Shown here piece after piece: positions 13,091-27,300 of a stretch of 64,000 nt of DNA. The position numbers were made by a program, and so were the translations under genes. The notes beneath the pieces were generated by a model that saw only the letters and a program-made list of their open reading frames with translations, had not been told where the DNA came from and searched no databases. This DNA is from Chlorokybus atmophyticus (lineage: Eukaryota > Plantae > Mesostigma and Chlorokybus algae), in contig RHPI01001311.1 in assembly GCA_009103225.1 (NCBI GenBank), positions 120,808-184,807 on the forward strand, written 5' to 3'. The first letter of the stretch is position 1. Each line of letters begins with the position of its first letter.

Positions 13091-16000
13091 ATTGCAAACG
13101 CTTGGGATGATGGACCGTCACCTCGATCCCTGAGGAACAAGACAATCTATTCACCATAAGGGTGGAATTCAAGCACCAGCCGGCACGATAGCTATCAGCA
13201 CAACATAAGGCTGGAGTCGCGCTTGAAGTCACTCAAGAGTGCCTTTCTTATGTGATAAGTAGTAGAATGATCAGTAAATTACTGAGGATTCCGTATGATA
13301 TCAATCTGGAGCCTTTGGCACACGTGCTCATGAAGTCACTAACAGAGTTTTTGTGCACTTTGTGTGCAAGGACCATAGCTACACATGGCATTGTCTACTA
13401 GCAGATACGCGGTTGATTGGTGCAGCATATCCGCATGTGTATGCCACGTATGCATATTTGCATACGTGTGCATATGCGTGCATGTGAGTGACTTATATAT
13501 ATGTGTTACAACGTGCATACCCTATATCCATGCAGATGACGTTCATGTGCGTGAATATAGGGTATGCACGTTTTGTTTACGCCCGCATATCAGTGTTTTT
13601 CAACGCTATGTGATCAGCCGCTGATAGACGGTCAAGCTTTGGATCGTCTAAGATCACATGTATCGCTTCATTGTAGCAAGTGAGTCCCGCATGTTGCAGT
13701 CCGACGTGGCACTTGCATATTATAATGAGGCATATATTGCCCAATAGCTGCCGAAGCATAATTTGAAACAATTTGGTATTAATGGCTCAAATGTGAAACT
13801 TATGAATGGCTTACAAGCTTGACTCAAGCCATTGCTTTGCTATTAAACAATAGACCGTGAATTGTTGAATACCATCGGCCACATATGTATATATATATAT
13901 AGCGATGTTCTATTGACGGGCGTGACAAAAACGCGAGTAGACTGTATATATATGTATTCTATTATTCTATTATTGCGTATGTGTAATTAACGCATTACGA
14001 ATTATTGCTCGTTGATACATTTACGTACTAGTAAATACGTATAACAAAATGTGTATGTTATACATATATGATGTATATAAATTTATGCACGAGTAACATC
14101 CAGGTACAACTTTAAATGCATCAAGAAGTGGTAATACTGCACAATAATTTATTCATGCCATATAAACTTGCATAATATCCGTTTATATATGCATATGTAA
14201 TCAACACGATGACATGCAATTGCATATGTGTGCAAACTTTGTACGTGTTGCTGAGTATGACTACTGCTTAATACATGTTGCAATGTTATGTTTTACGGAA
14301 TGAAGGTCCATGTGGCGCTAAACGCACACGGCGCACATGGTTGCGCTCACACATCAAGTACACATGTTGGAGTAGTAGGAGTTAGCCGGGGATGTCCTTT
14401 GTACGGCCACGATCAAATTGTATTGAATCTTTTTGAATCCAACGGCTCAACCTTGAGTTTGGTAGCCGAGCCAATGAGACACCGCAGCCACAGTCTGCCG
14501 TGGCTTGCGCAACGAGGCCGTTAAATCGTCAGCAGTTAGCGGTGAGCATGACCGCTGGTTTCAATGCAAGTGGTTGTTGGCGTCGTATAAACATTCTACA
14601 TTATCAATCGTGTGTATAACGGCGCTCGTGCTTGAGGTTAAAACAACCCTGGCGGCTGTCAGCAGCTGTTCCTTGTCAGTTGAGCTGACGCAGCTTTACT
14701 GCACCACTGACTGGCTGGTGCTGCCCCAGCCCCAGTGTCGTCATGGCTGGGTAACTGAACTGACGCGGAAGGGGGTGCAACCTGCCGTTATCATAACTCG
14801 TTGTACCGCTCATCGTCATACCCTTCCGTACAGAAATTAGGTGCAGCACACAGAGGCTGCATAGCGTAGTAGTTGTACGCACGCACGTTCCCATCCGTCT
14901 TGTCCGCGCGTCCCCACCCTGAAACGACACTTGCGACTGAATAAGCCACGCGCCGCGCTGCTCACCAATCCGACGCGGTGATCGAAACGAAGGACTTTGG
15001 CCGGTCTCGCCTGAGGACAATTGCCGGCCTGCAACTTCACATAATAAGACAAGGCCCGGCCTTGTCGCATCATGTGACTCGTCATGGCACTTGATGTGAT
15101 TCAGATCATGCCATGTCACATCAAATGCCAGAAATGTGACCGTTATTACCTCTGATGGGATGGTTTATTGCGTCTCGTGGTGTCATGTAACACATGTCAT
15201 GGGGCGGCTTTCTTACTTCGACGTGTGTTTGATGACTTTTCTGTCGCCTGCAGTGGTCCTTGTCGGACACTTTGCCCTATACGTCCGTGCCGCTTTCTTG
15301 GCAAAAAAATGGTGTGTGCGGGCCAAAGTGTGGCAGCCCACACTGTGGCTGTATCTGTGTATGCATCTGTGTATCTGTGTCTGTGAGCGACACAGTCTTA
15401 CGACTAGTGGTGCATTAGCAGCGTATATTGGAAGTTGGAGTGTGGGTGTGCATTTGGCCTGTGCATGTGTAACAGAGTGTGAGTGTGAGTTTGTAAGCGT
15501 GCTTACTACGACTTGCTAAGCCTGCTATCTCAGATAGATACTCGTTTTTTGCCGCTGCCTCCGCCGCCGATAAGCATCTATGCTGTCCTGTCAACTAGCT
15601 GGGCCATACTGTGTACTGTTGTTGCCGCCGCCCCTGCTGCGGTGAGCCACAGGCGCAGCGACATTGACGCTATCAGAGCTAATGAGCTTTGGAGCCGCCG
15701 CCGCCTAACCCTTCCAACCCTTTCATTGCGGCTTCACCACTCTGCTGCTTGCTAAGCACGTACTTTCTGGCTACACGGAGCAGGTGTGTGAACCCCACAA
15801 CCCAACATGTGGCCACTTCCCCTCCATTTGCTTGTGTGTTTGTCGTTCACAAAGTGTGTGCACGCCCCACACATATGCACTGCAATGCACCTTAAGCTTG
15901 CATTTTTGGATGCACAAACACATGCACATGAACACATGTGCGTGTGTTTGCATGTGCGTACGCGTGTGCACGAGCACATGCACTCCTACACACATGTACA

Positions 16001-16131
16001 CGCACACAAACATCATGCTTGGTAAGCATGTGGCACACCCATGGGCACACAAGCATTGCCAAGTATGCTGACTGTTGTGTTGTTCCAGACACAACCCCAA
16101 CACATTGTTGTTGGGTTTGTTGGGTACTGCC

Positions 16132-17430
16132 ATGCGTCCTCCTGTGAGCTACGGCGGCGTGGTCGTCCGCCACAACAACAACCACACGTACACGGACGAC
16201 TCCTCCTCCTCTGCCGTCACCGCACTGTGGCTCGACCGCTTGTCCTTGGCCGCAGCCCACATGGCCGCAGCAGCCGAGAAGGGAGGACTCAACATGAGTG
16301 GCAGTAGTGGCAAAGTTGTGATGGTGAACATGAACTACCGTTGCTTCGAGGAGGCACGCGCGTACGTGCGCACGCTTGGCCTTCGAACGGTCACCGAATT
16401 TCGACGATGGAGCCGATCCGGTGCCCGACCAGCTGATATCCCAAGTAAGCAGCGTGGTGTTGGGGGATGTTGCTGTACGTGTGACATGTTGCTGACCTCA
16501 GTGTGTGTATGTGTGGGTACAGGTGACCCTTACAAGGCTTACATCGAGCACGGTTGGGAGACTTGGATGGACTTCCTCGGCACAACACGGGAACGCTACC
16601 TGCCCTACTCAACACCATCCCCCTCACCTCACACCAACACCAACACCTCCACCTCCACCTCCACCCTCAACACCACCCCCAACTCCACCAACAACACCGT
16701 GGAGGACAACAGTTCCATCTCAGACTTGGGTGGTGGCTCCCCGACTTCTGTTGGACGAGGAGCCAGCATCACTCCCCACTCTCCTCCTCACTCCTCCTCT
16801 CACTCTGACCCCACTCCCACCACCCAACATCACCATCACCACCACTCCTTTCTCCCCTTCCACGAGGCCCGCGCGTACGTGTGGAAGCTGGGACTCACCA
16901 CCCAAGCGGAGTATAGAGCGTGGAGGAAGGGAGCGCACAGACCGCCCAACGTACCCACGGCGCCGGATAAGATATATCTGCATAATGGGTGGATATCGTG
17001 GCCTGGTGAGTATGCACACTCACATGCACACACTCACATGCATGCATTTTAAGCACACAGGCACACGCGCATATCCTGTGATGTGCGCATGCGCAATCAC
17101 ATACATGCGTGCACGCACGTGCACACACATATGCCAACACAAACATGCACGCAAACACATGCACACACTCACGCTCATGCACACACACGCACGCTGAGAC
17201 CTAATGCACGCGAACGCCACACACGTATGTACAGGGATCCGCGCACGCACAGAGTGATACCTTGTCTCTTCTTGGCCATCCCTTGCAACTCCATGACACT
17301 CTGCTCTCTGCAAAGTCGCCTTGCCACACATCTGACATTGGCTTTGTGTGTGACAGATTTTCTGGGTCGGGCTAAGGGCAAGCCTCCCCGCATGTCGAGG
17401 CCAAGAGTGGACCTCACGCTGAGGCTATGA
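16132..17430 (+). CDS. Integrase-repeat domain protein, copy 2; exons 16132-16444, 16523-17005, 17357-17430
   Basis: Same three-exon structure and intron phases as copy 1. The last exon is 74 nt in both copies and gives an identical peptide despite silent substitutions. Confidence 0.8.
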
Positions 17431-18327
17431 GTGCGAGCAAAGAGAGAAGAAAGAGAAGACACAAAGCCACACATAGTCATGCGATGTTGGCATGTGGGAA
17501 AAAGAAGCTGTTGTAAAGGTTATGAAAGTTCCGCGGCACGTGCGGGCGGCCTGTCGCATGTACATATCAGTACGGTTGTTGGGATACAATGACAGGACAG
17601 GACAGCTGCGACATAGCAACAGTTGCGAGCTGGGGAATGGAGATCAGTGCCCACATCAAGGAGGATATAGGAAATGCGTGCGCGTGTGGACACATGCGTG
17701 CGCACAACTACATACACACAGTTGGAGACGAGAAGAAAAGAGAGGATATATACAGCTAGACTGGACTAACTGGCAGATGTAAATTGACTGAGTGACTGCC
17801 ATCAATGTTGTTATTTACCTGTTGCAGTTGGTACAGAGTACTAGTCTGCACCAGCTAGTAGTAGCGCCGCTTGCTTACTGCTCGGCGGCGACTAATAAAA
17901 GCCCATTGAGGCCCCTTGCTGTTTCATGGGTTTTTGTGCCCTCCTTCATCCCACCCCACCCCACCCCTGTGCGGGGTGAGCATCGTCTCGTCGTGAGTCG
18001 CTTGTGTGCGCACTTGCACGTGCGTATGTGCGAGTCACTGATGATTCAACAGGATGGTTGTTTGCTTACAATCAGGTTGTAAACCACAACCGCATACCCA
18101 GGAGTGGCCACTGCACACTCGTCTGCAGACTGGTAGCTGTCCAGGTGCATTCGAGCGTTTGTATATTGTGATTGAGTCCATCGTTAGCGTGTTCATACAG
18201 CTAACACTGCAGTAGGCCTGCAGCATAGCATCAACACAACTGCACAGCTCTTGAACCTGATCATCTCGGTCCTTGACTGGAGTTAAGAAACTGAATTGCA
18301 TTCGCGAAAGAGGGTTACTCCCTCTGC

Positions 18328-18678
<351 letters not shown>

Positions 18679-21596
18679 GCAAACATGTGTGCCAATTTAC
18701 ATAGTGTGTAAGGGTTAGTAAACAACCCGCTGGTGAATGTAAAGAGTCATGGTGTGCTGATTGTCTGCGAATGTGACACTCTCATGCATGCCACAATCCT
18801 TGCATCCTATATGTTGTACACTATAATACACACAAACATAAAGTTGGCTTAACACAATATAGTTGTATTCATGGAGAGTGTTTTGCTTATTAGCAATATG
18901 CTAGCCAAGCTCCGCAAGCTTTACATTGTCTAAAACTATTGACAAAAATCCGAACAATCACCACGATTTTAGTGTGTAATCAAATACCTTCATGCAATAC
19001 TTGGGAGGGACACAACCATAGTGAACACTTACATGACAAGGATTCGTGTACAATTGCGTGTGTGTTTATCCGCTGCATTACGGTGGCAGCACACCATGGT
19101 AAAGACGCCAATTTGTACATGAGTCTTCGTCTTTCTTCTCGTTACGTCACGCATAAAGTCGCAATGGGTGCAAACGACTCCATCTTTACTCGTCTTCCCT
19201 CTTAGTGCAATGGTGTGGTGTATTGTTAGGTATGGTAGTAGTTAATAACACTCGTACACCGAATTGTCTATCAATCATATTGAAGTGGTTTTTAATGCAT
19301 GCATGATGAGGTCACTGCTCATCGCAAATGAGGTCATACGAACCGTCAAGCATGACACCATTGGTAGGAGCACAAGCGACGTGCGCTTTCATTTAGTTGG
19401 CTGATTTTGTTCCCTTCACCGTATCCGTTAATGATCGATAATGCGGCGGCCGTTGGTTACAGAGATGTATGCGCATTCGAGCATGCAAGTGACTCACTCA
19501 AGTTGAGTATTGCACTTGTAACCAACGTTGCGCACAACATGTGGTTTATCCGCCATGCTCTGTCTAACCGTGTACAAGTATATATGAATCACACTCGCTT
19601 GCAAATGATCAACAAAGCATAAGAAATCGTTCTTTTTCACGCTGTAGCAAATGTTTTATATTATAGTATTGTATTCAATCAAGCATTACCAACTGGGACA
19701 TCATATGCAATGTTATTCAACAAGAATTTTGGCTAAAGAATGCCTTAAACAGGCAAATAGGCAAACGTACTTGCAAGAGGGATTATATTAAAGCCGCTTT
19801 TTTAGCTTGACCATCATTATGGATATTGCAATGTTCAATTACGGTGGATAAAATGGTAACTCACGAAATGTGCAATAAAAAGTTATGCATTATACAGTTG
19901 TATGTGCGCGGCATTACGAAACTCTTCAATGCATGTATTGGCAATATATAGCAAGCTCATGTTAATATCATCTTAATAGTAAAACTGACGTGACCACCCC
20001 TTTCCATACGAGTGAGAGCTGTGACGGACTGCGCTGCACACTGTGGCACGCACTTACGGTAAGCATACATACATGTACATCATACTTTGTCTTAAACGAG
20101 ATGCACGTGCATGGTTGGTCTATACAAATGGTCGGTACTTGTCTATCATCATGCTTTACGCCCATATAAATATTAGCAAGTTAATCATAAGCGGTGGTAG
20201 TACTATCGCTTATGTTTGCTAAGCATATGCACCAATGCTGAACTACATTGCTGTCATGTTGCACGAACACCTCAATTACATAAGCAAACAAACTCCACGG
20301 GGGAAGAATGGGCTATTTTATTCGATATGCGTACATGTGTGTGCATGTCGCGTTTGCGAAAAAAAGCACGTGGTGATGCTCATGCAACACGTGTAACCGT
20401 TACACAATTAAGCTATTGTCATCAGAGGTGCTGCTTTAGACGGAAGCATAACCTTGCCATGTATATTGTGGCATACGTAGTACGTGCTTTACTTTTAATG
20501 CTTAATTAGTTGCTGTCATTGCAATTGCCGGTAAACCTATGCAATACGACGATAAGATTTGCGTCAAATAAATGTTGCCGCAAATTGTATTCAGTCGCGG
20601 CAAGTACACTCAATGCAAGTTGGACAATCCCATTGTTTAACTTACATTACATGTAGCACGTATTGCTTGATATTTGTACGAGTCTGATAATGGCTATCAT
20701 AGACTATCACATAATATGTAAATGCATACGATGTCCTACATTTAAAAAGCGTGTATTGGAATTGCCCCAGCACGTTCAAAGCAGTTCAATCACTTTGGCC
20801 GCATAGTTGCCTTTGAAAGCCAATAAAAAAAGGATGATGTGGCTAGCGCAAAAGTTTCCTGTACCATCCGCATTGCATGCGCAATAAAGCCGCATTGCAT
20901 AATAATATCATAATGTAATCATTATAAATGAGTTAATGCAGTAAGTTGAGTCGGCATCGATGTGAGTTGATTTATTAGTAACAGTGGTCCACGCATCATA
21001 CACATCATAAGAATGCGTTAACATATGGCATTGCAATTATAGGTAGATGTGATCCAGAGTGTCTCAAGATGTTTGATGCGTGTTATAACATCAATGCTGC
21101 TCCTTTGGCCTTAAGTTATTTTGCTGCGTAATTCGATACGTAACAAGTTGTGGTAATACTTTTAAACCGAAACACCCGCGATTGTGCTCATGTTTCAACA
21201 ACATTATAAAGCCTAGCCCAAGCAGATGGGCAATATAACACCCACCATTTTTAAAAGAGAGTGAAGTTCACTCTGCGCCCCGAGCCGCTTGCCTACATCC
21301 GTTGCAGCTCCATGCAACACACCTTTACTTGCTCCCTTTACACTTCTGTCAGTCTTTGTCACACGGTAACGGCTCCCTTTACATGTCATACGCTTTCAGT
21401 TGATCTTAAAATCAACAATCTCTTCTTGCAGTAGGTGCAGGCATGTTTTCAAGTTGACTCTTTAGCGTGTCGATTTCCCCCTCATATTGCGCCAATATTT
21501 TAACCAATGCATCCGCCCTGGGGACAACGAAAGCGATCGCAGTATGTCACGGATTAGTATGGATTATACCAGTTCTTGCTCTTAGCATCGACTTTT

Positions 21597-21679
21597 GCTG
21601 CCATAGCCTAGTGGTCGGAGTCCCCTCTGTTACACTGGTATCGGATGCTTATGGTGGTGGGTTCAAATCCGTCAGGGCA
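21597..21679 (+). pseudogene. tRNA-like sequence (degenerate tRNA or SINE head)
   Basis: A-box TAGCCTAGTGG at 21604 and B-box GGTTCAAATCC at 21660-21670. Acceptor, anticodon and T stems pair poorly, so it is not a convincing functional tRNA. Confidence 0.55.
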
Positions 21680-23067
21680 TAGAAAACACGACAATTATTG
21701 AGAAAGATTTGAAAGGGAATTTGACGCAAATGGGCGATTTACCCTGGACTGGGCGTAGGTTTGTGACCCGCGCGCCGAGCCAGTTTAACCTCCGACCGCG
21801 TGAGCGGTCGCACTACGATGGCAGGTCGCATCGTAAGACGGTGAGGATGGTGAGTGCCAATAGGCCTCGGGCGAATCGGTCGTAGGTGGCCGTGATCACG
21901 GTGATGCAAGTTGAACCCCCGAACAGGGAACCTGGCGGGTCAAGTTGGGGAGGAATGTCACGGAGTTATTATTTGTAAAAGGCCTCACTCTGGGCAGCGA
22001 CTTTTGCAGACCTAGCCAAATGGTTGAAACCCCTTTTATTACATAGTGAAGGTCGCCATTTCAAACAGTGCATGTTAAGCAATATGTGGCACTATGAAGT
22101 TGTGTTGTTTTGACAAACACATCAAGTTAGCAGTGATTGCCACGTACATCATCACATGCAACAATATTATGGGTAAGCTTGCTACCCCATCAAACGCTGT
22201 TGGGCGGTGACATGTAGTTAGACGACGCCTGGGGGTGAGACGACGCCTGAAGGTACGTACAAATGGCGAGCAATCTGCATACAAATCCATAGAATATGTC
22301 AAACTACACCTACTGCGTTTTACGGTGTTTGAATGAATTAGCCTGCAACATAATATACTCGTCTTACAATTTTTAAACAAAATAACCATAAATTGTCAGT
22401 CTGATACAAGTTAGTTCAACCATATGTGTGAAACCATTTATCGCTCGCACAATGTGCATGCTGCGATGAAATTCTAAACACCTGCTGTTTCACATAAGAT
22501 AGGATTGCATGCAGCTTCAGCGTGAATTGGAAATGTCACCACACACTTCCAACGGATCTGCAGCGTATCCGTTGGGTTCAAAACGAGCGCGGCCAACGGC
22601 CGTTTGCGACTCTGCAGCTCGCCTGTCAGCTGTTAGCGGTCGCAACATGCGAGTCGCAGGCTTCCTGGTGGCTACCGGTCCACAGCTGTAACAGCGAGCA
22701 GAAATGCGCCATTACGCGGTATCCAACCTGATGAGGCGTAACGGCGCATCACCGTTAGCCTCGCGACCCGAATCCCGCCAAACATGCAAAACAAGTTTCA
22801 AACAGCTTGCTGGAATTTGATGTCCAACATTTGAAGTTCGAATGTGTTCGAATCGGCTTCCAGCCTCACCGCATACTCTCTACAAGAATAGTGGAAGACG
22901 CGATTGGTTACACACTCGTAGACTTGTAGGCTTTGAAGTTGATAAGCGTGTTGCATGCTGTGGTAAAGGCGTGATATGCCTATATAGTACACGCGCCTTT
23001 TTCAGCCAAGCGTGACATTTTGAGGCAGGCAAGCGGCGGCGGCGTCATTGACGGTGAGCTTAGCGAG

Positions 23068-23560
23068 ATGGGTGGCGGCGGCGGCGGCGATGGTGGCGAC
23101 AGGGAGGCTTTCCTCTTCGCGGATGTGGGTCGTGACGCTGCCGAGGGAGACAGCGAGATGCTGTACGCCCGAGGTGTAAGCAAGAGACGGATGAAGTGGG
23201 GGGCGGGGGTGCCGTCCGCTACTGCAGCATGGGAGAGTGTGAGGTATGTGTGTGTGTGTGGGTGTGTGTGTGGGTGTGGGTGTGTGGGTGTGGGTGTGGG
23301 TGTGGATGTCTGACATGTTGTGCAAATGTTTGCAGGACTGCGTCGGAGCGCCTGTTGCCAGTCAGACGGACGCCAGCCCTCCGCTTGCAGGTGTGGTACA
23401 TAGTCTGTACTGCAATATGTGTATGTATGTGTTTGTATGTCTGTGTGTGTACAGGATGAGTGCAGCAACGATGCATGCATGTGTCTCTGTATGTGTCTGT
23501 GTGTGTCTGTGTTCTCACAAGTGTTCCCTTCCTTGTCAGGAAGACTGGGCAGATTCATGA
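23068..23560 (+). CDS. Small hypothetical spliced gene (exons 23068-23243, 23336-23390, 23540-23560); may be the 3' end of a longer gene using the acceptor at 23005
   Basis: GC-rich open exon, strong donor GAG|GTATGT followed by a TG-rich intron on the + strand, and phase-consistent joins giving ...WESVR|TASERLLPVRRTPALRLQ|EDWADS*. No family recognised. Confidence 0.45.
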
Positions 23561-24326
23561 GTGATGGTCCAAGAGCACACAATGCAAGGGCCATTGGGAA
23601 AACCGACCAACAAGATTTTGTACATAGTTGTTTTCTGTTACTTGTTCCAGGATGTGATACAAAGCTCTGTGCTGTATGATGTCAAGTAAGTTGCGAGATA
23701 TTTACTGCAACAAGCTATTTATGTCGTGCGAGCCCTGAGTGAGTGCATTGAAGCATACAAGTCCACGCATGAAATGAACTGTGGCATGCATGTTATTGCA
23801 ACGCAGACACACATACAGTTGTAATGCGTACAACTGTTTGCTTGTGTGTACTCATGGTGTTATGCACAGTCAATGCAATGCTTTGTGATGTTATACACAC
23901 AATGCAAACTACGTTACTTCTGTACGAGTGCAGAAATTGTCACCCAAATGCAAGTACAACTAGTATGCTTGTACTCCTGTGACAGAACGAAACACAGAGT
24001 GCAAGGTAAAATTGTCATCAGGATGCCATTGTGCAATCTATGCAGCACGCATCAGAAGGTGATCATCAATCAGCACAAGTAGTGTCCTCTTTAGCAACGG
24101 AGTGGAGTATTTGTATATACATAAAACCCAAACCGCACGCTTAATAAAAACCGCTACCCTGAATGCTACATGCGCTAATGTGTACGGCATCACCACAAGC
24201 CATATCAACTATGTGTGTATGTGTGTATGTGTCCATGTGTGCGAGCGACGAGTAACACAATCTCTAGACAGACTTCCAACAGGTTGCAACGAATATTAAC
24301 ACCAGGCTCCCGCCCTTCTTGATGAC

Positions 24327-27300
24327 TCACTTCACCCTGATGTTATCCTTTGGCCTGATCAGATCCGGGTTCTGTATCTGCGGGTTCTTCTCTGCAACCT
24401 CCCGCCACTGGACAACACAACCAAGTTAACCTCCAGCACAACCAACACAGTGCACGCACCAACACAACTACACGCGGATGTACGCACGCAAGCACAATCA
24501 CTTGCACGCGCATGCGTGTGTGTGCGCGTGTGTGCGTGTGCAATTGCATGTGGGTATACATGTGCGTGGATGTGGATATGCGCGTGTACAAAAAGTGGCA
24601 AACACGCGCACGAACACGGACGGACAGCGGGTAGGAGGACGCAGTTGTACAGTCAGTTGCACATATGCGCACGCACACGCACACAACCACCAGACACAAC
24701 TCGGACACAAGCAACAAGCGTCATCATCGTCTCACCCTCTGTCCGTCCCCGAGCGTCCGTTGCGCGATTCCCCACATGGTGTCCCCCTCCCTCACAGTGG
24801 CCGTGCGTCTCCTGAACGGGTCGTGCGAGCTCGCGCCCCACGCGGCCGCCGCGCCGCCGTGCCGAGACGCCGTAGGCACAGACCGCCTGCGTGACACGAC
24901 AAACACACATGTGAGGGAGAGTCACACGCGAACGACGTGTGACATGTTGGTGCACACGCGCACCTGTTGAAGGACCAATTTGTGTTGGACTTGCGGGCGC
25001 CGAACTGTCGGTCTCGTGCGGCGCGCTGCTTCGCCACGGAGGCGGGGTCTTGGTACATCCCCACCAAGTGCACGCCTGCGATGGCACACACGGAGTTCTG
25101 AAACCCGCACACGCACACGTACAGATACTGGTGCGCATACACGCGCGCGAACGTGCACGGGGCAAAGATATGCGTGGTGCGCATGCTCGCGTATACACAA
25201 GAGCTCACGCGTCCACGCGCTCGTACGCATGCCTATGTGCACTAGTTGTGTGTGCGCGCTAAAGTGCACGGACGCACAGGCACAACTGGTACACACATGC
25301 ACATGCGCGCCCGTTCACACGCCAACATCTCACCTGTGATCTTATACTTGGGCTCCTCCTCTTCCTCCTCTTCCTCCTCCTCATGCAACCCACTCCCCCC
25401 CTCTTCTTGTCCCTCCTCCTCCTCCTCCAGCACATCCTCCACCTTCACCTCCTCCCCATCACCCACATCAAGACCCTCTTTGCCACTGTGCGTGAGCAAA
25501 CGCTGCCCGCCAGTGAGATATCGCTTGCCAGTACCACTCCGACCCGCACTAGTCTTCTTCTTCTTTGAGGACGGGGGCAACTTTTCGGCCGTCACCATTG
25601 CAAGCATGGGCGCGCCAACCTGCACACAAGCACACAAACACGTGCAAGCTGACATCAAGACAAGTTGTACCACCACAAGTTACCACATGAAGGCCACAAT
25701 GGATGAACACAGGAGTCATCTATTTCACACAATGTTGTGGTTTGTGAATGAGCATATGTGCTTATGCATATACGTGCATAGGTTTGTATGTGTACATGTG
25801 TGTATATGCAAGTGTGTGAATGATAAGGACAACATCATCAACAACAACAGTCACTTACAGCCAAGTTATCTCTTTTCGGGTCGCGCAGCTGCACCAGCAT
25901 CGCCATCGTGATCGTCGCCCCCTCCTGATCGCTATTATCAAAGTTCCCCATCACACTCAATCCCTGCTGCGACACTCCCGCTGGCTGATAGTTATGTTGT
26001 TCTTCACTCCTCTCCCACGCCTCCAACATGGACCACTCCTCCATGCTCACGGCGATAGCGAGGGCAGCGCCGAGTTGGGAGTCTTTCCTCACGCCGCGCG
26101 GGTCAACCCGTTGCAACGCACCAGACTTGTCTCTGTAGGTGACCATACCCGTACTTGATGTGGATGTGTGCATGTTGTTGTTGTTGCTGTTACGGCGTGA
26201 TGAGGATACGGCCAAGGCACCCGAGTGGCTTCGCGCCAGCGCGAGCATGTTGTTGTTGTTGTTTTTGTTGTTGTTGTCATTGTAGGGTAAGAACAACCCG
26301 TGTTTGTTGTTGTTGTTGTGTTGAGGTGGGATGACGAGTGTGGCGACGGTCCCGTCCGGCAGCGTGATGGTCCCGCCGCTGCTCACGCCTTCCAGCGCGA
26401 GGGTCCTCCTGTTGTTGTTGTTGTGTCGGCCGTGACCGCTGTTGCTTCGCACGAGAGCGTTGCCGGAGTCACCGCCATAACCCAACGCATTGAAACCTGT
26501 GTTGAGACAACCCACCATGAGAGACAACATCATACTATATGCTCAAATAGCCAGTCAATAAACGAACAGTAGATACCCTCACACATAAGTCACAATACAT
26601 GCGCATGTGCATACAGCTTTTTGTGTTACCATTGAAGGGTATGCGTGCATGCACACATACGTTTAACTCACAGAATATTGTCATGCATGTGTATGTGTAC
26701 ATGTACACACATGAATGGGACAAAGCAAACATACAGACACACACGCGTGCGCGCGCGCACACACGTACCTGATCCGTCCAGCGCGAACGCGCCCTCCTCG
26801 GCGGCCGCGGCCGCTTGTATCACAATCGCATCCATCGCCATGGCTTTGACTGCGTGCAGAGCAACCCTTCCCAACTCAGACAGCGTATACGCATTCCCGT
26901 CACCACCCACATCGCCACCACTACTACCACCGCTATCCACATTGCCACGCATCTCCACGCGCGCAATCTCCCTGAAGCCCGATGGCAACGCTTTCCCCTG
27001 CGATATCGCCGCTGCCATAGCAGAGGGCGAGGCGGATATCCCCAATCTGCTCATGCCCCCAGCGATATCAACACCACCAGGCATCGATATCGGGGCGCTG
27101 CCTGCTCGAACCAACGCGCCCGAAGCTGATATCGACGCTCCTGGCAGAGCGCGCGCGTGTGCGTGCGGCAACGCAAAGCTGGTGTGGCTCCCACCTAATA
27201 TGGGTAGCGTTGATGTGGATGTGGAGTATGCGTGGGCGTGGGCGAGGTCGGCCCACGCGCTGTTGGGAGGGAGAGTCATCCCGCGCGCGTTGCCACCTGA

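Noticed and set aside
21385-21420. U2 snRNA-like TAAGATCAA on the minus strand
   Set aside because: Only a 9-nt match; the branch-site pairing region GTGTAGTA and an Sm site are missing.
21597-21679. Functional tRNA-Val(TAC) or similar
   Set aside because: Acceptor, anticodon and T stems have several mismatches; kept only as a tRNA-like head.
22727-22775. Hammerhead ribozyme core (CTGATGA followed by a hairpin)
   Set aside because: The required GAAA after stem II is absent (TCGCGA instead) and no stem III/NUH could be built.
22980-23594. 204-aa minus-strand ORF
   Set aside because: Mostly read through (CA)n intron sequence; splice signals and TG polarity favour the + strand gene.
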